From: the human T2T-CHM13v2.0 reference genome, Homo sapiens
Reading direction: 5' to 3' (one strand)
DNA: 64,000 nucleotides
Assembly: GCF_009914755.1 (NCBI RefSeq)
Contig: NC_060929.1
In this document: positions 13,100-30,215 of the stretch, one piece after another
Numbering within the stretch: position 1 is the stretch's first letter
Layout: each line of letters begins with the position of its first letter
Notes under the pieces: generated by a model
The model's database searches: none
Told to the model about the DNA's origin: nothing
Seen by the model: only the letters and a program-made list of their open reading frames with translations
Program-made: the position numbers and the translations under genes

Positions 13100-14440
13100 A
13101 TAAAATCTTAATAGGTGCCACATTTTTTTCAGTGGTAGAGAAAAAAATTACAGGTACAGGGGCAGCCCCTGAGTACTTCCCAACACTATTCCCTTCCCGC
13201 TTCCTGAGGGGTTCTTGAATCTGGTATTTATGATTCCCCCCATCACTTTTAATTCTTGTACCAACATGCATATATTTATTTGCAAACTTTATGATACTGT
13301 TTAGAATGTTTTAGCATTTTTTATAAATGCTATGACATGGCAAGTATCCTTTTGCAAGTAATTTTTCTCTACAATCTTATGTTTTTGACTTTTATGCACG
13401 TTGAATTATAACATTCTAGTGGATTCAGTGTTAGTGTTGTATAACATTCTACTATATGAGTATACTGTAGTTGGACATTTAAGTTGCTTCAAATTTTTTT
13501 CATTAGAAACCATATTACAATGAACAGTCTTGTGTATGTTTCCTTGTATGTGTGTACAAGAGCTTTCTTCAGCATGTGCTTTGAAGTGCAACTGCTATAT
13601 TGTAGTGCATGCATATCTTCAGCTCTACTACCTATTATAAAATTCTTCCTCAGTTTCACTGCTATCTTCACTCCTGCTGACAGTATATTCGAAGTTCTTA
13701 CTCCACATCCTTGTCAACACTTGGTATTATCAGACTTTGAAATACCAATCTGATGAATGTAAAATGATATATCATTATTATTTTGAATTGTACTTCTCCA
13801 TTTCTAATGAAGTTAAGCATAACTTTATAATCTTATTAGTCATCCTATGAATGGACTGTTTATATGCTTTGTCCATTTTATTGGTATAAATACCCATGTA
13901 TATCAATTATATATTTAGCATATAATTTTATATATGTAGTAAATATTAAATATATGTTTAAATACTAATCCTTAGCCAATCATGTGTTGCAGGTATCTCC
14001 TGTAAGTCTGTGACTTATCTTTCATTTCAGTTATGGTATCCATTAGGAAGAAGTGTTTTAATTCAATGTAATTAAACATCTTAAGTTTTTTCTTTTTGAT
14101 TTATGCTTTCTGGCTAAAAACAACTTCTTTTTTCCAAGGTCATTAGGCAATATCTTATATTTTATTCTAAAAGTTTAAAAATTTTGCTTTTCATATTTAG
14201 GGTGTTAATCCACCTAGAATTCACTTTTATATGGAGAGCCTACTTTAATAATTTTTTTCCCCATATAGATAACCAGTTTCCCCAGCACCAAGTATTAAAT
14301 GATTCAGCCTTTCCCCTATTAATTCGTAATGACATCTTTCTGGTATATCAGGTCTTCATACATTTCTGGATCTGTTTCTGAGTTCTATATGCTGTCAGTT
14401 TCTTTATCCCTACTTTAATACCACAGTGTTTTAATTTCTT
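13100..14440 (-). mobile_element. Old L1M fragment, continuing in pieces to ~18600
   Basis: T-rich degenerate antisense L1 sequence (ccacatccttgtcaacacttggtattatcag); ORF2-like remnants in the minus-strand ORFs. Boundaries approximate. Confidence 0.75.
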
Positions 14441-14450
14441 TTTTCTTTTC

Positions 14451-14451
<1 letters not shown>

Positions 14452-14487
<36 letters not shown>

Positions 14488-14764
14488 TGGAGTCTCACTC
14501 TGTCACCCAGGCTGGAGTACAGTGGCCTGATCTCGGCTCATTGCAACCTCAAACCTCCTGGGTTCAAGTGATTCTCCTGCCTCAGCCTCCCGAGTAGCTG
14601 GGATTACAGGCGCCTACTACCACGTCTGGCTGATTTTTATATTTTTAGTAGAGATGGGGTTTCACCATGTTGGCCAGGCTGGTCTCGAACTCGACTTCAA
14701 GTGATCCGCCCACCTCGGCCTCCCAAAGTGCTAGGATTACAGGCATGAGCCACTGCGCCCGGCC
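14452..14764 (-). mobile_element. AluS with a (TG)n microsatellite in its tail
   Basis: About 16 TG units at 14454-14486; TSD acagtgttttaatttct. Confidence 0.95.
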
Positions 14765-14815
14765 TTACACAGTGTTTTAATTTCTACCACTTTATGAAGT
14801 CATGATATCTGGTAG

Positions 14816-16105
<1,290 letters not shown>

Positions 16106-16645
16106 CACAATGCCTTTTCTTTTCTTGATTTTTTGCTTTTCAATAGAAATTTTAGAATCAGTTTTTCAATTCCATGAAAAATTCTGTTGGATTTTAAAAA
16201 TGAAAATATATTGAATTTTAAAAATGAAAATTAGATTGTATTTATAAACTAATTTTGGAAGAACTGACATCTTTATGATATAGAATCATTGATTTAATCA
16301 CCACCTTATATCTCATCTAGATTTTCTTCAGAGTCTTTTAGTGTACTTTAGTAATTTTTCTCCATTATGGAGAAAATTCTGAAACTTGAACAGTCTAAAA
16401 TTCATCAAATCTATTACCCTCCTCTCAAACAATAATAACACAATAGTGATGAGACAGGTTAGTTCCCTCAACCCCTTTCATGGTAGGGAACTGGAGTGGT
16501 TCGTTTTACTCAGCCCATCACTGGCCACTCCTCATGGCAGGAAGAGTGCAGGCACCAGAAGTTCTTTATAGCTTTTGTTAGATTTATTCCCTCTAAAGTT
16601 CATCACAATCTATTACCCTCCTCTCAAACAATAATAAAACAGTAA

Positions 16646-17776
<1,131 letters not shown>

Positions 17777-17907
17777 CACTTTTTTTTTTTTTTTTTTTTT
17801 AACTCTAATGCTTGTTTAGATTTATTTACAGATTTACCACTTTCTGTGCCCACAACTCTTCGCATCTTACTCTTTCCTTCTTTTTCTTGAAATATACTTT
17901 TGAATAA

Positions 17908-18535
<628 letters not shown>

Positions 18536-20522
18536 ATATAGGATTTTGTCTGGACGATTATTATCTCCTAGCACTTTGTCTTTAAAGAGTGAGAAGAGAG
18601 GGTCTAAGTGTCTCTGGTTTGAACAACTTGCCCATCTGAATACCTAAAGGAGAATTGAACCATGGTTGGTACTCAAATGTGAAGCCACTTTAAGGAACAG
18701 AGAAGCTACACAGACTCAGGTGCTCACATCTTAGCTTCAGCCCTCTTGCTGTGCAGCTGTAGGCGTGTAAGTCTCCCTCCCCACTGGACTGTGAGCCACC
18801 GACAAGCTACATCTGCTCTCTTTGCCATCTCACTCTCCCTGATGTAGCTCCTGATTTCTCAGTGCAAGATGTGAATTGAGCCCCCTTTTTCAGGGAGCCA
18901 ACTGGAGACCATACTATGTATGTCAATTTTCGGTTAGTTACCCTGTCTCTCCAAATGATTTATCTTTTCATCTTTGCTTTTCTAGCAGATCATCCCCATA
19001 AGGACACAAACGTGTGTTCTCTACTCATAGAAAAGCCTCTCCTTATGCTCACAACCCACCACCTACCACTCCATCTCCCTGCTTTCCTTCAAGCTAGAGT
19101 TGTTGTGTTCACATTCACTGTACCCACTCTTTAAAAGCCTCCTATTCATTCTTCAACCCATCCCAACCTGCTCCCACCCCCAACTACTCATATGAAAACA
19201 CCAATGATCCACATTTTTTCTGAACATAATGTTGTCCCATAAACATATCACATGCCATTAAATTTCTTTTCAAAAAGTGTAAATGATAAGGAATGTGATA
19301 TGTACTGCCAGATTATCCCACAGAAGGAGAGAGAGAGAGAGAGAGAGAACCCACCAAAGTGCAAGCTTCCTTTCAAAAGCCATATCCTTCTGATGCTATG
19401 GGTAATAGTTTTCTCCCATTAACAGTCAGTTTACAATTGCTACCAAACTACCAAACTTCCAGTGAAAATGACTGACTAGATACATAGATCGTATCAGATT
19501 ATAACTGGGGTCTTTCAACTAACATTTATTTTGCATTTACCATGTGCAGAGCACCCTGCAAGATTTGGCTCGTATAGAAAACATTCACTCACTCATTTAC
19601 TCACTCACTCATCTAACAAATACGTATTGGGTGCCTGCTGTGTACATAGCACTGAATTTTAATGTCAGCCACCATTTCAGATGTTTAGAAATGTTTTAAT
19701 CACCTGTCTGAATTTTACACTGCGCACCCCACCTCCAGTCCTGAAGTATTGCCACAGAAGGTTGCCAGGAAATTATTATTCATTATTCTCTAAACTTACA
19801 GAGGCTCCAAGCCTGAAATTTCTCACACACCATGATGGAAAGATGGCCTTGGGTTTTCCTGCTGTGTTCACAGCCGCTTCTCCCATTATGCTTTGCCTAT
19901 GTATCTCCTCCATCAGCAGGTGGCAGAGAAGCAGGTGCATAACACCTTGGTCTCTGGCCATCTGCTTGACTTTCCACGGCCCCGTTATCTTTAGAAAGGG
20001 AGACTCCGAGAGAGAAAGACACAGTGGCATGTGTTTGGTTGACTGGCTTATGTACTTCAAAAGGCAACACCCCACAGGGGTTATGCACCATTTGCGCTTC
20101 TGCTGTGTGGATGTGCATAAAGATAAAGGCATCTGAGAAGCTTTGAGGTGAGGCCTCTGGAAGTCACTGGATGCCTGAGGTGCCATTCTTAAGCTGTGGT
20201 CAAATAAGAGTTTCATGAAACGTGCTGAGCATAAAAGAACAACATATCTGCCTATGGCCAGTACTTAGAGCTACTTTTCCCCACCAGTCAAACCACTGCA
20301 TTCATTAGACTCATTCAGATTTGAAGGGACTGGTTCCAGCAGATTATTTGGGGGAAAGGGAGAGCAAGAGAAGCCATCCACATCTTTGCAGTCCCTGAGT
20401 TCCTGTGCTGGCTGGTGTTGAGCAGGCCTTCTTCATGCAGAACCCAGCTACTAGGTAAGTCACCCAGTCGCTCTTGTGACTCACTCACACAGCAAGTACT
20501 CAGTTGCAATTTTTTTTAATTA

Positions 20523-20660
20523 AAATTTTTATCTTTATTTTTATAGAGATGAAGTGTTGCTATGTTGCCCAGGCTGGTCTTGAACTCCAGGGCTCAAGCA
20601 ATCTTCCCACCTCAACTTCCCAAAGTGCTGGGATCACAGGTGTAAGCTACCACGTCCAGC
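20523..20660 (-). mobile_element. FLAM / Alu left monomer
   Basis: Single Alu arm with a T-rich tail. Confidence 0.85.
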
Positions 20661-22289
20661 ATCAGATTCAATATTTTCTAAGATAGGGTCTACCTGAGCT
20701 GTTTGCTCACCATGTTTCAATTAGGAATGCATTAGCTGCTGCAGCTCCAGCTATCACAAGCACCTTCACTGCCTAAGCAAATGTAGAAAGCTGGGAGGTT
20801 CCAACAGGTGTCCACATGCATCTTAGTGACCCAAACTGTCATTTGACTCTCCCTACCCCCACCCCATGAGCAAAGGGGACTTAAAAATCCAGTATTTAGC
20901 TTCTGTAATATCTACAGCAGAAGCAGGTGAGAGAGGAGGGAGCTGAGGTTAAAATATCTACCTTATCTTCCAATGTGAAGCACAGATTGTCACATCAAGG
21001 ACCCTCAGAGATGGCTGGTCGGAATGTGGTCATTATAAGATCAGGCATAGATCCTGGTTCAGTCATTTTTTTGGCCAGGGTAGCAGGACTGACTTTACTT
21101 AAAGCGTATAACCCAAGCCAAAGTGACTTAATGCAGAAGAGCCACTGGGAACATCAACTCCAGAGGGGCTCTGGGTGTGGATTGTTTTCCAGGAACACTC
21201 TGCAGAATGACATCCTTAAGATCCTGGAAAGGTGTGGCTCCCCTTGGGCCTGAACTTTTGCTGTTAAGAACCTAGATGAATGCTGCTGTCATATATTTTT
21301 ATTATGGCTAAACTACTCCAAAAGTTCACTGTTTCTATTTTCCATACATTCTGTAAGTTTCTAAAATGTGTCAGGACTGAGTGAGGTTTGGGTGGTACAA
21401 CAGAAACCAAAATAGATAGTGTTGATTTCCTCAAGGATTTTACAGTCTGGTGGGAGAATTACATTTATGAAATCATCACATAAATAAGCATAAAATTACA
21501 AACTCATAATGCCACTAAAGAGGAGAGCTATGAGAACATACCTTGTCTGGGATACAGGGAAGACATCCCTAAGAAAGTGATTTTGCACAGAAATATAAAA
21601 GAATTAAAAAGGTAAAGGGATGGGCAGTGAGGGATAAGATTTCTAAGCATAGAGAACAGCATTTGCAAAGGCCTTGAGTCAGAGGAAAGGATGGTTCATC
21701 CAAAACATTGAAAGAAGAGCCAGCACAGCTGGAGCACGGTGAGAAGGAATACATTGGTGAGAGATGAGGCTCAAGCTTGCAGGGCCAAGTCACTTAGGAT
21801 CTTGGGAAGACTTTGAAGGGACTCAAGTCACAGGTCTGACCTGACATTATTCCGTCTAACCAACCAATTCTTGAACATTTGCACTGAAAGAGATGACCCA
21901 GTTTCTGTCTGTGGCTTACAGCCTCATGGAGAGAACCATTCTTATTCTGGTGGGTATTAGGGTTTTGAAGAGACACAATTAATAGCACTTTTTTTGGCCC
22001 ACTTTTGAAATCAATTGAAAAATAAAACAACACAGTCAGCAGAGGAAGATGATAAGGATGAAGATGAAGCAGATGAATCAAATGCCATTCTTATTTCTAA
22101 AAAGGCTGGGTCAGAAGACGTAGCTCATTCTAAGAGCCAAAGTGAGCTTGCAAACTCCCTTCTGTCCAGTCCAGACTATGGGAGAGCCCACTTGAGGGAA
22201 AGTTTGGGTTTGCACAGGAGTCACACCTACCCAGGCTACTGTTTTCCACTATGCTAGGTGGAGAGGGAAGGTAGGAAGAACTGAATTAA

Positions 22290-22647
<358 letters not shown>

Positions 22648-25600
22648 CCAAGGTCCTTTGATAGATTAGCTTCCCTCCTTCAGAAATGTGGACCTACTGC
22701 TTCCACTTAGCAGCCAAGTCACTGTCCCCACCTCTGTAGGCAGGGAAAGCGGTTGGACAAGAATCCAGCAGTACTTCGGGAGACTCTATTCTCATGACTG
22801 GAACTTCAAGAGTAGGGAATAAGTGTTCCTCCCTTGTTGTTGCTAAAAGACATTAAGAGAAGGGACTCAAAATACAACCTGCTCCTTTTGAGTGAAGATG
22901 GATTCCGATAAATGACAATGGATCACCTCCTACAGGAGAACACAATGCTACAATCCCAAAGCATGTGACTTCCATGCTGGACTAACTTCTGTTTGCTTTT
23001 TCATCCACATAAGTAAAATTCTCCAGTTGTTTCTTCTTCAAACCTTGCTTGATGTGACAGATACCTGCAATATGTCTAAATTAAAAGGGTGACTTTTAGG
23101 ATCACAGAATGTTAGTGCTGGAAAGGTTTTCAAGGTCATCAAGTCTAATCCTACTCCTTATTTTATTGGAAAACACAAGACCCAGAGAGATGAAGTGGCC
23201 TGCTCAAGGTCACCCAAGCCATTTATGTCCTTCTCCCAATTATTTGGATTGTATGACTACCGATATTTCCAACTACATCATGTTGATATAGCTGAGAAAC
23301 TCATTATTTATAGAAAACCTGTGATGCCTTTATTAAAACAAAGCACAGGTTTTTTTATAAAATAAAAGTCACCCTTTTATCTATTAACAAAAATTTGTGT
23401 TTTGTTTATTAACTTTTTTTAATAACCCCTGAACTAGTGGTTTGATTATTCTGGTTCTAATAAATGTCTCCTTTTTAATGTTCTCTTTTCCTAATTAACA
23501 AAGTACCAAGTAGAAAGAGATAAGTTATGCACTTTAATTACAATAACCCCAGGCTACAGGGAGAATTCTTATCACTGGCTTGGACCGTACATTCTGTGCT
23601 CACTTAGAAATAACATTGGTAAAAACTTCCTGTAAGCTGTGGATTTGGGATCTGAGGTGGCGGGGCAGTCAGGAAAGAGAAGTAGTGAGGCTTTAGTTCC
23701 AGGTTTCTTCCATCATGCTGTGACTGGTTCTCTCTGTGCTCATTTCCTTCTTATTAAAAATGGGAAATGACTATTATCCTGGATTATTATGAGAGAGGGA
23801 GTTTGGGATGCTGCAAAGAGGACTGGGTTGCAGCAGCAGGAGCCCAGAATTCTAGATCAACTCTGCCACTAATGAGCTGCTTCTCTGGGCGAGTCTCATG
23901 GATTCTTTGAGCCTTAGTTGACTCCTCTGTAAAATGGGCTTGTTGTGTTAGCTGATCCCTGCGGTCTCTCTATGAAAGTTAAAATTACTTTGACTCTAAA
24001 TCCTTGTGATTCCATATTCCTTTTCCCCTTCTTCTTCCGTACCCTATGTTTCCCCAAACTGAGTGAACTCAGGTTTCAAAGAAATAGGTTACAAAAAGTG
24101 TCAAAACGGAAACAATTTTTACAGAGACCAAAGAACATTATCCATTGAAAAATATGTGCCTTATTTTACTTGTCGAAATGAGCAGAGAATCCAGGATTAT
24201 TTCCATTCTCATTATGGTATCATTTTGTAGCAGCAGCAATTTGCTTGTGGTCCTTTTCTCTGAGGAGTTCCCTTCAAGAAACAGAATTTCCTAGAGCAGA
24301 TGGAGGGGCAGTAAGAGATCTCAGCCACCTACACTCTAACCCTTGGCTTCTCTAGGTTCCAGGTTCTTCTGACTGAACTATCTTTAGATACTTGATGCCA
24401 AAAAAAATTGTGCAATAGAGTCTTATGGACATTGAACTAGAGTCATATTATCTGATTCTAGAGTTAGAGCTTCCTCTAATGGGATGCATGATCTTGATTT
24501 TAAGTCAATTCTTTTCTGTGGCCTCGGTTTCCATGCTTGTGAAATGACAAGATTGGGCTGGATGGTGTTTAGATCTCTTTCCATTCTTACTTCTAGCTTC
24601 ATTTGGGGGAAAAGGACAGGATTGGTGGCAGTTTTCGGGGTCTTTGGATTGGGAGGCAGAGTCCCACCATGTTGAGCAAGGGCAGGACATAGTTCAGCAC
24701 TGTGGGAGTGTCTCCTGTCACTCCTCTCAAAGGTGTTGACCTTTGTTGAGTACATGAAGTGTTAGTGACATGGAGGAAGGGAAAGGATATGAAGAAATCT
24801 AAAATATGGTTTCTGCCCTCAAAGGATTTACAATCGAGTTGGTAAACACAAGGGCAAGAGTCTAAGGCCAGGAGCCCAGAAGATCTACATACCATCTTAC
24901 ACGTGTGTTGACTTTATCAAGCAATGGGCATTTATGCTGATTGGAGGCATATATCCATGGCTGGGTTGCCCCATCCAGGAGAAGATGAAGGAATGTCCTA
25001 CAAGTCTTGGTGGCTTCTTACTTTGTGGAGTCACCATTTTTCCCAGAAGAGTCTGTTTTCTTTTTAAAATGTCGCTTGATTTTGGTCTTCTGATGGCACA
25101 CATTCAGCTCTGTCTCCATAGAATGCATGCCCTCTGGGAGAATAGGTAGGCTGTGTGTAAGGAGATAGGAGTGGGAAAAAGATGACAATGGGAAAAAGCA
25201 TTAACCAAAATCCTAGGGTAAGAAAATACAAGATGCATTCAGGAGACAACTGGCAGGCCAGTTTGGCTATTATATAGCTTTTAAAGAGTATTTTTTAAAA
25301 AACAACAAAAACCTGAAAACATAATTAGGATTCAGATTAAGTAGCATGATGTAGTCAAAAGAGAGACCAAGGATAAAATCTAGCCCTGCCATTCCCCATC
25401 TGTCTGCCTTGAGCAAGTTATTTAATCTCTCTGTGTCTATATCTCCACTTGGTAAAATGGAAGTAATAACACCAATTTTATAGTATTTTGTGAGGATTAA
25501 CTTAAGCGATGTATGAAAAGCTCCTGGCACACTAAGAATGATCAACATATGGTAATTTTCTCAAATTCTAGGATCTTTCTACCTCCACAGTGGCTTCTTC

Positions 25601-26253
25601 TGCAATAGGCGATTAGGAGAGCAGTCACCAGACAGACCTTGGATTTGAGTTTAGCTCAGCCAGTTATAAAGTCTTCAATTTTAGGTAAATTACTTAACTA
25701 CTCTTAACTCAGTTTTCTTATGTATAAAATGGATTAGTCATACTTACCTTGTAAGATTATTGAAAAGTTTAGAAATATATCATGTTAAGCACCCAATAGT
25801 ACCTGATAAGAAGAGGAGATGGAGTAGAATTCAATAAATCATGGTGATGGGGGAAGAAGGAGGAAAAAAGGAGCTGTTTTAATTGAGAACCTTGAATTCT
25901 TGACCAAGAAGCCTAGAATTTATGTTGTAGGCAGTGGAGAGTCACTGAAGGTGATTTTTCAGATAGGAAATCATAGGATAAAGATGAAGAGAATCTTAAC
26001 CTTGTTGAGAATGTGTTAATAAGGTGCACAGGGCAAGGAAGAACAGCCTGGAAGGAGAGAGACCAAACTACTGAAGACAAAAGCCAGCTTGCTTTATGTA
26101 TGTGCTGTATAATTCTTTTACTACCAAATGGATTTCTTCTTCTGGAATCTAACAATTCTGAATATGTGAGAGAGGCAGAGATAGAAATGAAGAGTGAGGG
26201 AAAGGACAGAGGGGAGAAAGAGAAAGAGAGAGAGGGGCCGAGAGAGATAGATA

Positions 26254-26851
26254 CAGTAGTTCCCTCTCCGCAGGGGATGTGTTCCAAGATTCCCAGTGGA
26301 TACCTGAAACTGCAGATAATACTGAACCCTATATATGCAGCAGAACTAGCATAAATTTCATTTTCCTTCTTCACAGTTTCACAGATAGAAGATTCATTCT
26401 TGCCATAGATCTTAGCAACCTCAGCATATGATTTTTTTCTTTCCTTAATTCAGTTGAGAACTTTCACCTTTTAATTTAAAAGATGCACTTCATGGCTTCT
26501 CTTTGGCATATCTGAATCCCAGAATCACTGCTCTTGCACTGTGGGGCCATTATGAAGTCAGATAATGGTTACTGGAACATAAGCACTTCGATACCATGAC
26601 AGTGAATCTGACAACTGAGACGGCTGCAGACCATGGGGCAGGGAGCATATGGAGCACGGATATGCCAGACAGAGGGATGATTCATATCCCAGGCAGGATG
26701 GAGCAGGGCAGTGTGCTATTTCATCGTGCTACTCAGAACTTATGAATTGTTTATTTCTGGAATTTCCCATTTAATATTTTTGGACTGTGGTTGATCGAGG
26801 GTAAATGAAATTGCAGAAAGCAAAAATACAGATAAGGGGGACTGCTTGCTG
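26254..26851. mobile_element. MER82-like Tigger DNA transposon
   Basis: TA-flanked ends cagtagttccc / gataagggggactg; gttccaagattcccagtggatacctgaaactgcagata. Confidence 0.7.
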
Positions 26852-26950
26852 TACAAAGATAGAGACAAGAGGAAGGAGCTGTCCTCAAGGGCCTTTTGTG
26901 TGAAGACATCTGGCACACAGATACGCTGCATGCAGGTGGCTTGAGAGAAC

Positions 26951-26960
26951 ATGCATCCAG
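26951..26960 (+). CDS. EGFLAM: Probable alternative first coding exon (coding part: M-H-P-G) of a short EGFLAM isoform; exon start not determined
   Basis: gagaacATGCATCCAG|gtataa, with A at -3. The phase-1 donor joins the phase-1 acceptor at 29195 to give [12 protein letters not shown], matching my recollection of an annotated N-truncated isoform. Confidence 0.7.
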
Positions 26961-27279
26961 GTATAAATCTGGCATCGACAGGTTGAATTTTCAGTTGACA
27001 GGTGGACTACTTTAAATAAAACTGGGGAATTGGTGTGGAAGGGATGAGAACACCGCCTCCCCTTTGTTATCCCACCTCCACCAAGAAGTGCCCGAACCCC
27101 TGAGAACAGCTCACTCCACCCTGTCTCTGGGTCATCTGCATCATCTGCTGACTGCACTTCTCTCGTCTGGTCTGGGAGGAGATTGATTTCTGGTCAACAG
27201 CACGCCCCCTGACAAAAATGACTTTCTGCCATTTCCTTCCACTCCATTTTCAATCTGATTGCTATTCTGTTTGGAGGAG

Positions 27280-27607
27280 TGCTATGGTCGGAATGTTTAT
27301 GTCTCCCTCAAATTCATATGTTGAAATCCTAACCCCCAAGGAGGGGCCTTTGGGAGGTACTTAGATCATAAGGGTGGAGTCCTTGTGAATGGGATCAGTG
27401 CCCTTATTAAAGAGGCCCAAAGGGGCTGGTTTGCCCTTTCCACCATGTGAAGATGCAGTGAGAAGGCACCATCTGTGCCCTCATCAGATACTGCCAGCCC
27501 TTTGATCTGGGACTTCACAGCCTGCAGAACTGTGAAAAATAAATGTTTGTGGTTTACAAGCCATCAGTTTATGGTACTTTTGTTGTAGCAGCCTGGACAG
27601 ACAATGT
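27280..27607 (+). mobile_element. MLT1A-like MaLR LTR
   Basis: tgctatggtcggaatgtttatgtctccctcaaattcatatgttgaaatcctaaccccca...aataaatgtttg. Confidence 0.8.
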
Positions 27608-28199
27608 AGGAGGGTGAGTTTGTCTTCCTGAGAATGGTGCATGACTTAGCTTATTCTGAAAGCAAAATGTCTTTAAGTTTAGTTTATGTTTTTTATGCTT
27701 TTTATGTTATTTTTCCTTTTTCTTTTCCACTAGGCATCCAAACACTGGATGTCTAATAACTAATGAGTGGCAGCATCCTACCAAAGCCAGTTTCTGTTGC
27801 CAAAGTTGTTACTGCCCTAAAGGCTGGTGCCTGGCTTTTTCAGTTGAGAGAGGGCAGCAAGTTAATACCTGTGCTGGCCCAAATCCACTGTGAGGACATG
27901 CAGGTGCCCTGGAGCCGCTCTTTAAAAGGCTGCCACCTCCTGGTGGAGTGTTTCCCATGTGCAACCTAAATCAGAGCGCTGTGGATCAGTGGATTCTGCG
28001 GATGACAGTTGAATAAAAATGCCAACTGAATGTTCCCCAAAAGATGATGCTCTGTATTGACGTCTGAGAGGTTTTCTCACCCACCTTTCAGTTCTGAAAG
28101 ATTTAGTTGTCCTGCTAAGATGGATGAAATGGATGACCCCCAAGATACCTTATAGGGCCCCCTTTTTTTGGTTGTGGGAGTGTTTACTATAATCTCCCT

Positions 28200-29060
28200 T
28201 TTTTGTTTTAAAGACCTTTTAGTGAAATACTTTGTACTTCAAAAGTATATATATGTATATATACAACATATAAAAAATATGAATATTTACAGGTACCCAG
28301 CACTTACCTTAAGAAACAGAATATGATGGAATACTCTCAAAGGCCCCTGTGAATCACACCTCATTCACATCCCTTTTCTATCTTCCCTTGGGTATTTATG
28401 TGTTTGTCCTGCTTTTTTAAAGAGTTTAAATTACATATATATGTATCCCTAAGTAATATATTGTTTTGTTTGCTGTTGTCTTTTATATTAATGTCATCAA
28501 ACTAGATGCATTCTTTTGCAACTTGCATTTTTTTTGTATGAAGTCATGTGAGATTAAGCCATGTTGATATATTAAATGATGATTCATTCCTTTCCCCTAC
28601 TATATGGTACTCCATTCTATAGATATACTATAAATAATTTAGTCATTCTTTGTTGATGGACATTTGGGATGTTGTTTGTTCTTATAAATAGCATATTTGG
28701 AGTATTTTTTACTATTACAAATTCTGATGCTATGAACCTGTTTTGAACACGCCTTTTGGTACACAGGTACAGGAGTTTCTCCAGCTTTTGTAAGTTGGGA
28801 TGGGATTGCTAGGTATGAACAAACATCTACTTTATGAAATATTTCCAAGTATTTCACAAAGTGACTGGACCAGTTTATACAAGTACCATATGAGTCCTCA
28901 TTGATCCCGTCCTTAGTAATATTTTTATTATCTGATTGACATTTTTGCCAGTCTTGTCAGTATAAAATGGAAGCTCTTTCTGGTTTCAGTTGGAAATTCC
29001 TTAGTAACTTATGAGAGGAAACTTTTTTTATATCTTTTGGTCATTGACGCTTCCTTTTCT
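28200..29060 (-). mobile_element. Old L1M 3' fragment
   Basis: tgttgatggacatttggg, tgggattgctagg and other antisense L1 hallmarks; boundaries approximate. Confidence 0.7.
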
Positions 29061-29194
29061 GTGTTGAATTCATTGTTATGTTTCCAATACACTGCGTTCC
29101 ATTCGGTACAGCTCTGCCTGTGGCTGAGTTAGGCTAGACAATAGTGCAAAGAAGGCCTGTGCTGATGAAGGGTGTGCTGCTTTTCTTTGTGAAG

Positions 29195-29310
29195 GCCCTG
29201 AGGAGGCGGGAAGTGGCCGCTATGGACCCCGTTATATCACCGACATGGGAGCTGGTGAGGATGATGAAGGATTTGAAGACGACTTAGATTTGGATATTTC
29301 CTTTGAGGAG
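29195..29310 (+). CDS. EGFLAM: EGFLAM coding exon, 116 nt, phase 1->0: acidic linker [38 protein letters not shown]
   Basis: Acceptor ttttctttgtgaag|, donor GAG|gtaaca; frame continues into the next exon. Absent from the ORF track. Confidence 0.95.
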
Positions 29311-29896
29311 GTAACAATAATCTCTGCTCTTAAAACCCAGGGTGTTTGTGTTTTCTTGCCGAACAAGACAATTTAGCCAATGGACCATAAACATTTTACT
29401 TAAAACTTAAATGTGCCCATTTGCTTTTAACACTGATTTGTTTTGTCTGATGATCAGTCTCCAGGTGCTGATAAATCAGTAGTAGGGAAGTACTAGCCAT
29501 CCTGATGTTCCATAGGCAGCTCCTGCCTGCGGACTTCACAATCTGGCAAAAACATATTTCTATTTCCCACCAAGGGAAATTTCAGAAAATCAAGTATTAT
29601 AAGGAAATGAACAATTCCTTGACAAAGTCATGCATCTTCATCATATTGTAATAAGAATAAATAATGTAATATCAGTTTTACTGCTGATTTTCTGAGTAAT
29701 ACAAGGAAAAGCACTATAAGTCCCTGACCATCAAGCTCTTTGTCCATAAATTAGAGTCAGTGCTGTCTTCCCCATCTCCATCCTAGGGTTTTTGGAAGTG
29801 ACCATGTTTTCAAGTACTAGGCAACAACTATAAATAAAACAGTCCAATTGCCATGCTCTGTGTTCATCTTGAACCCCTTTCCTTCTCTGGCTTTAG

Positions 29897-30215
29897 GTTA
29901 AACCACTTCCTGCTACCAAAGGAGGGAATAAGAAATTTTTGGTGGAAAGCAAGAAGATGTCTATATCTAACCCAAAGACCATTTCTAGGCTCATCCCCCC
30001 TACCTCAGCATCTCTCCCTGTGACCACGGTGGCTCCCCAGCCCATTCCCATACAGAGAAAGGGGAAGAATGGTGTGGCCATAATGTCAAGGCTCTTTGAC
30101 ATGCCTTGTGATGAAACTCTCTGCTCTGCTGACAGCTTCTGTGTCAATGACTACACCTGGGGGGGCTCGCGATGCCAGTGCACCCTGGGCAAAGGTGGTG
30201 AGAGCTGCTCAGAAG
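29897..30215 (+). CDS. EGFLAM: EGFLAM coding exon, 319 nt, phase 0->1: S/T/P-rich linker and EGF-like 1 (VKPLPATK...[12 protein letters not shown])
   Basis: Acceptor ttctctggctttag|, donor AAG|gtaggc; six-Cys EGF pattern; overlaps ORF 29939..30247. Confidence 0.97.

Noticed and set aside
19327-19348. (GA)n microsatellite and other simple repeats, such as the (CA/TA)-rich 49280-49380
   Set aside because: Ordinary short tandem repeats with nothing unusual.
19913-19926. Second CTCF-like sequence TCAGCAGGTGGCAG
   Set aside because: Mismatch at the conserved first C and no upstream module; could simply be an E-box.
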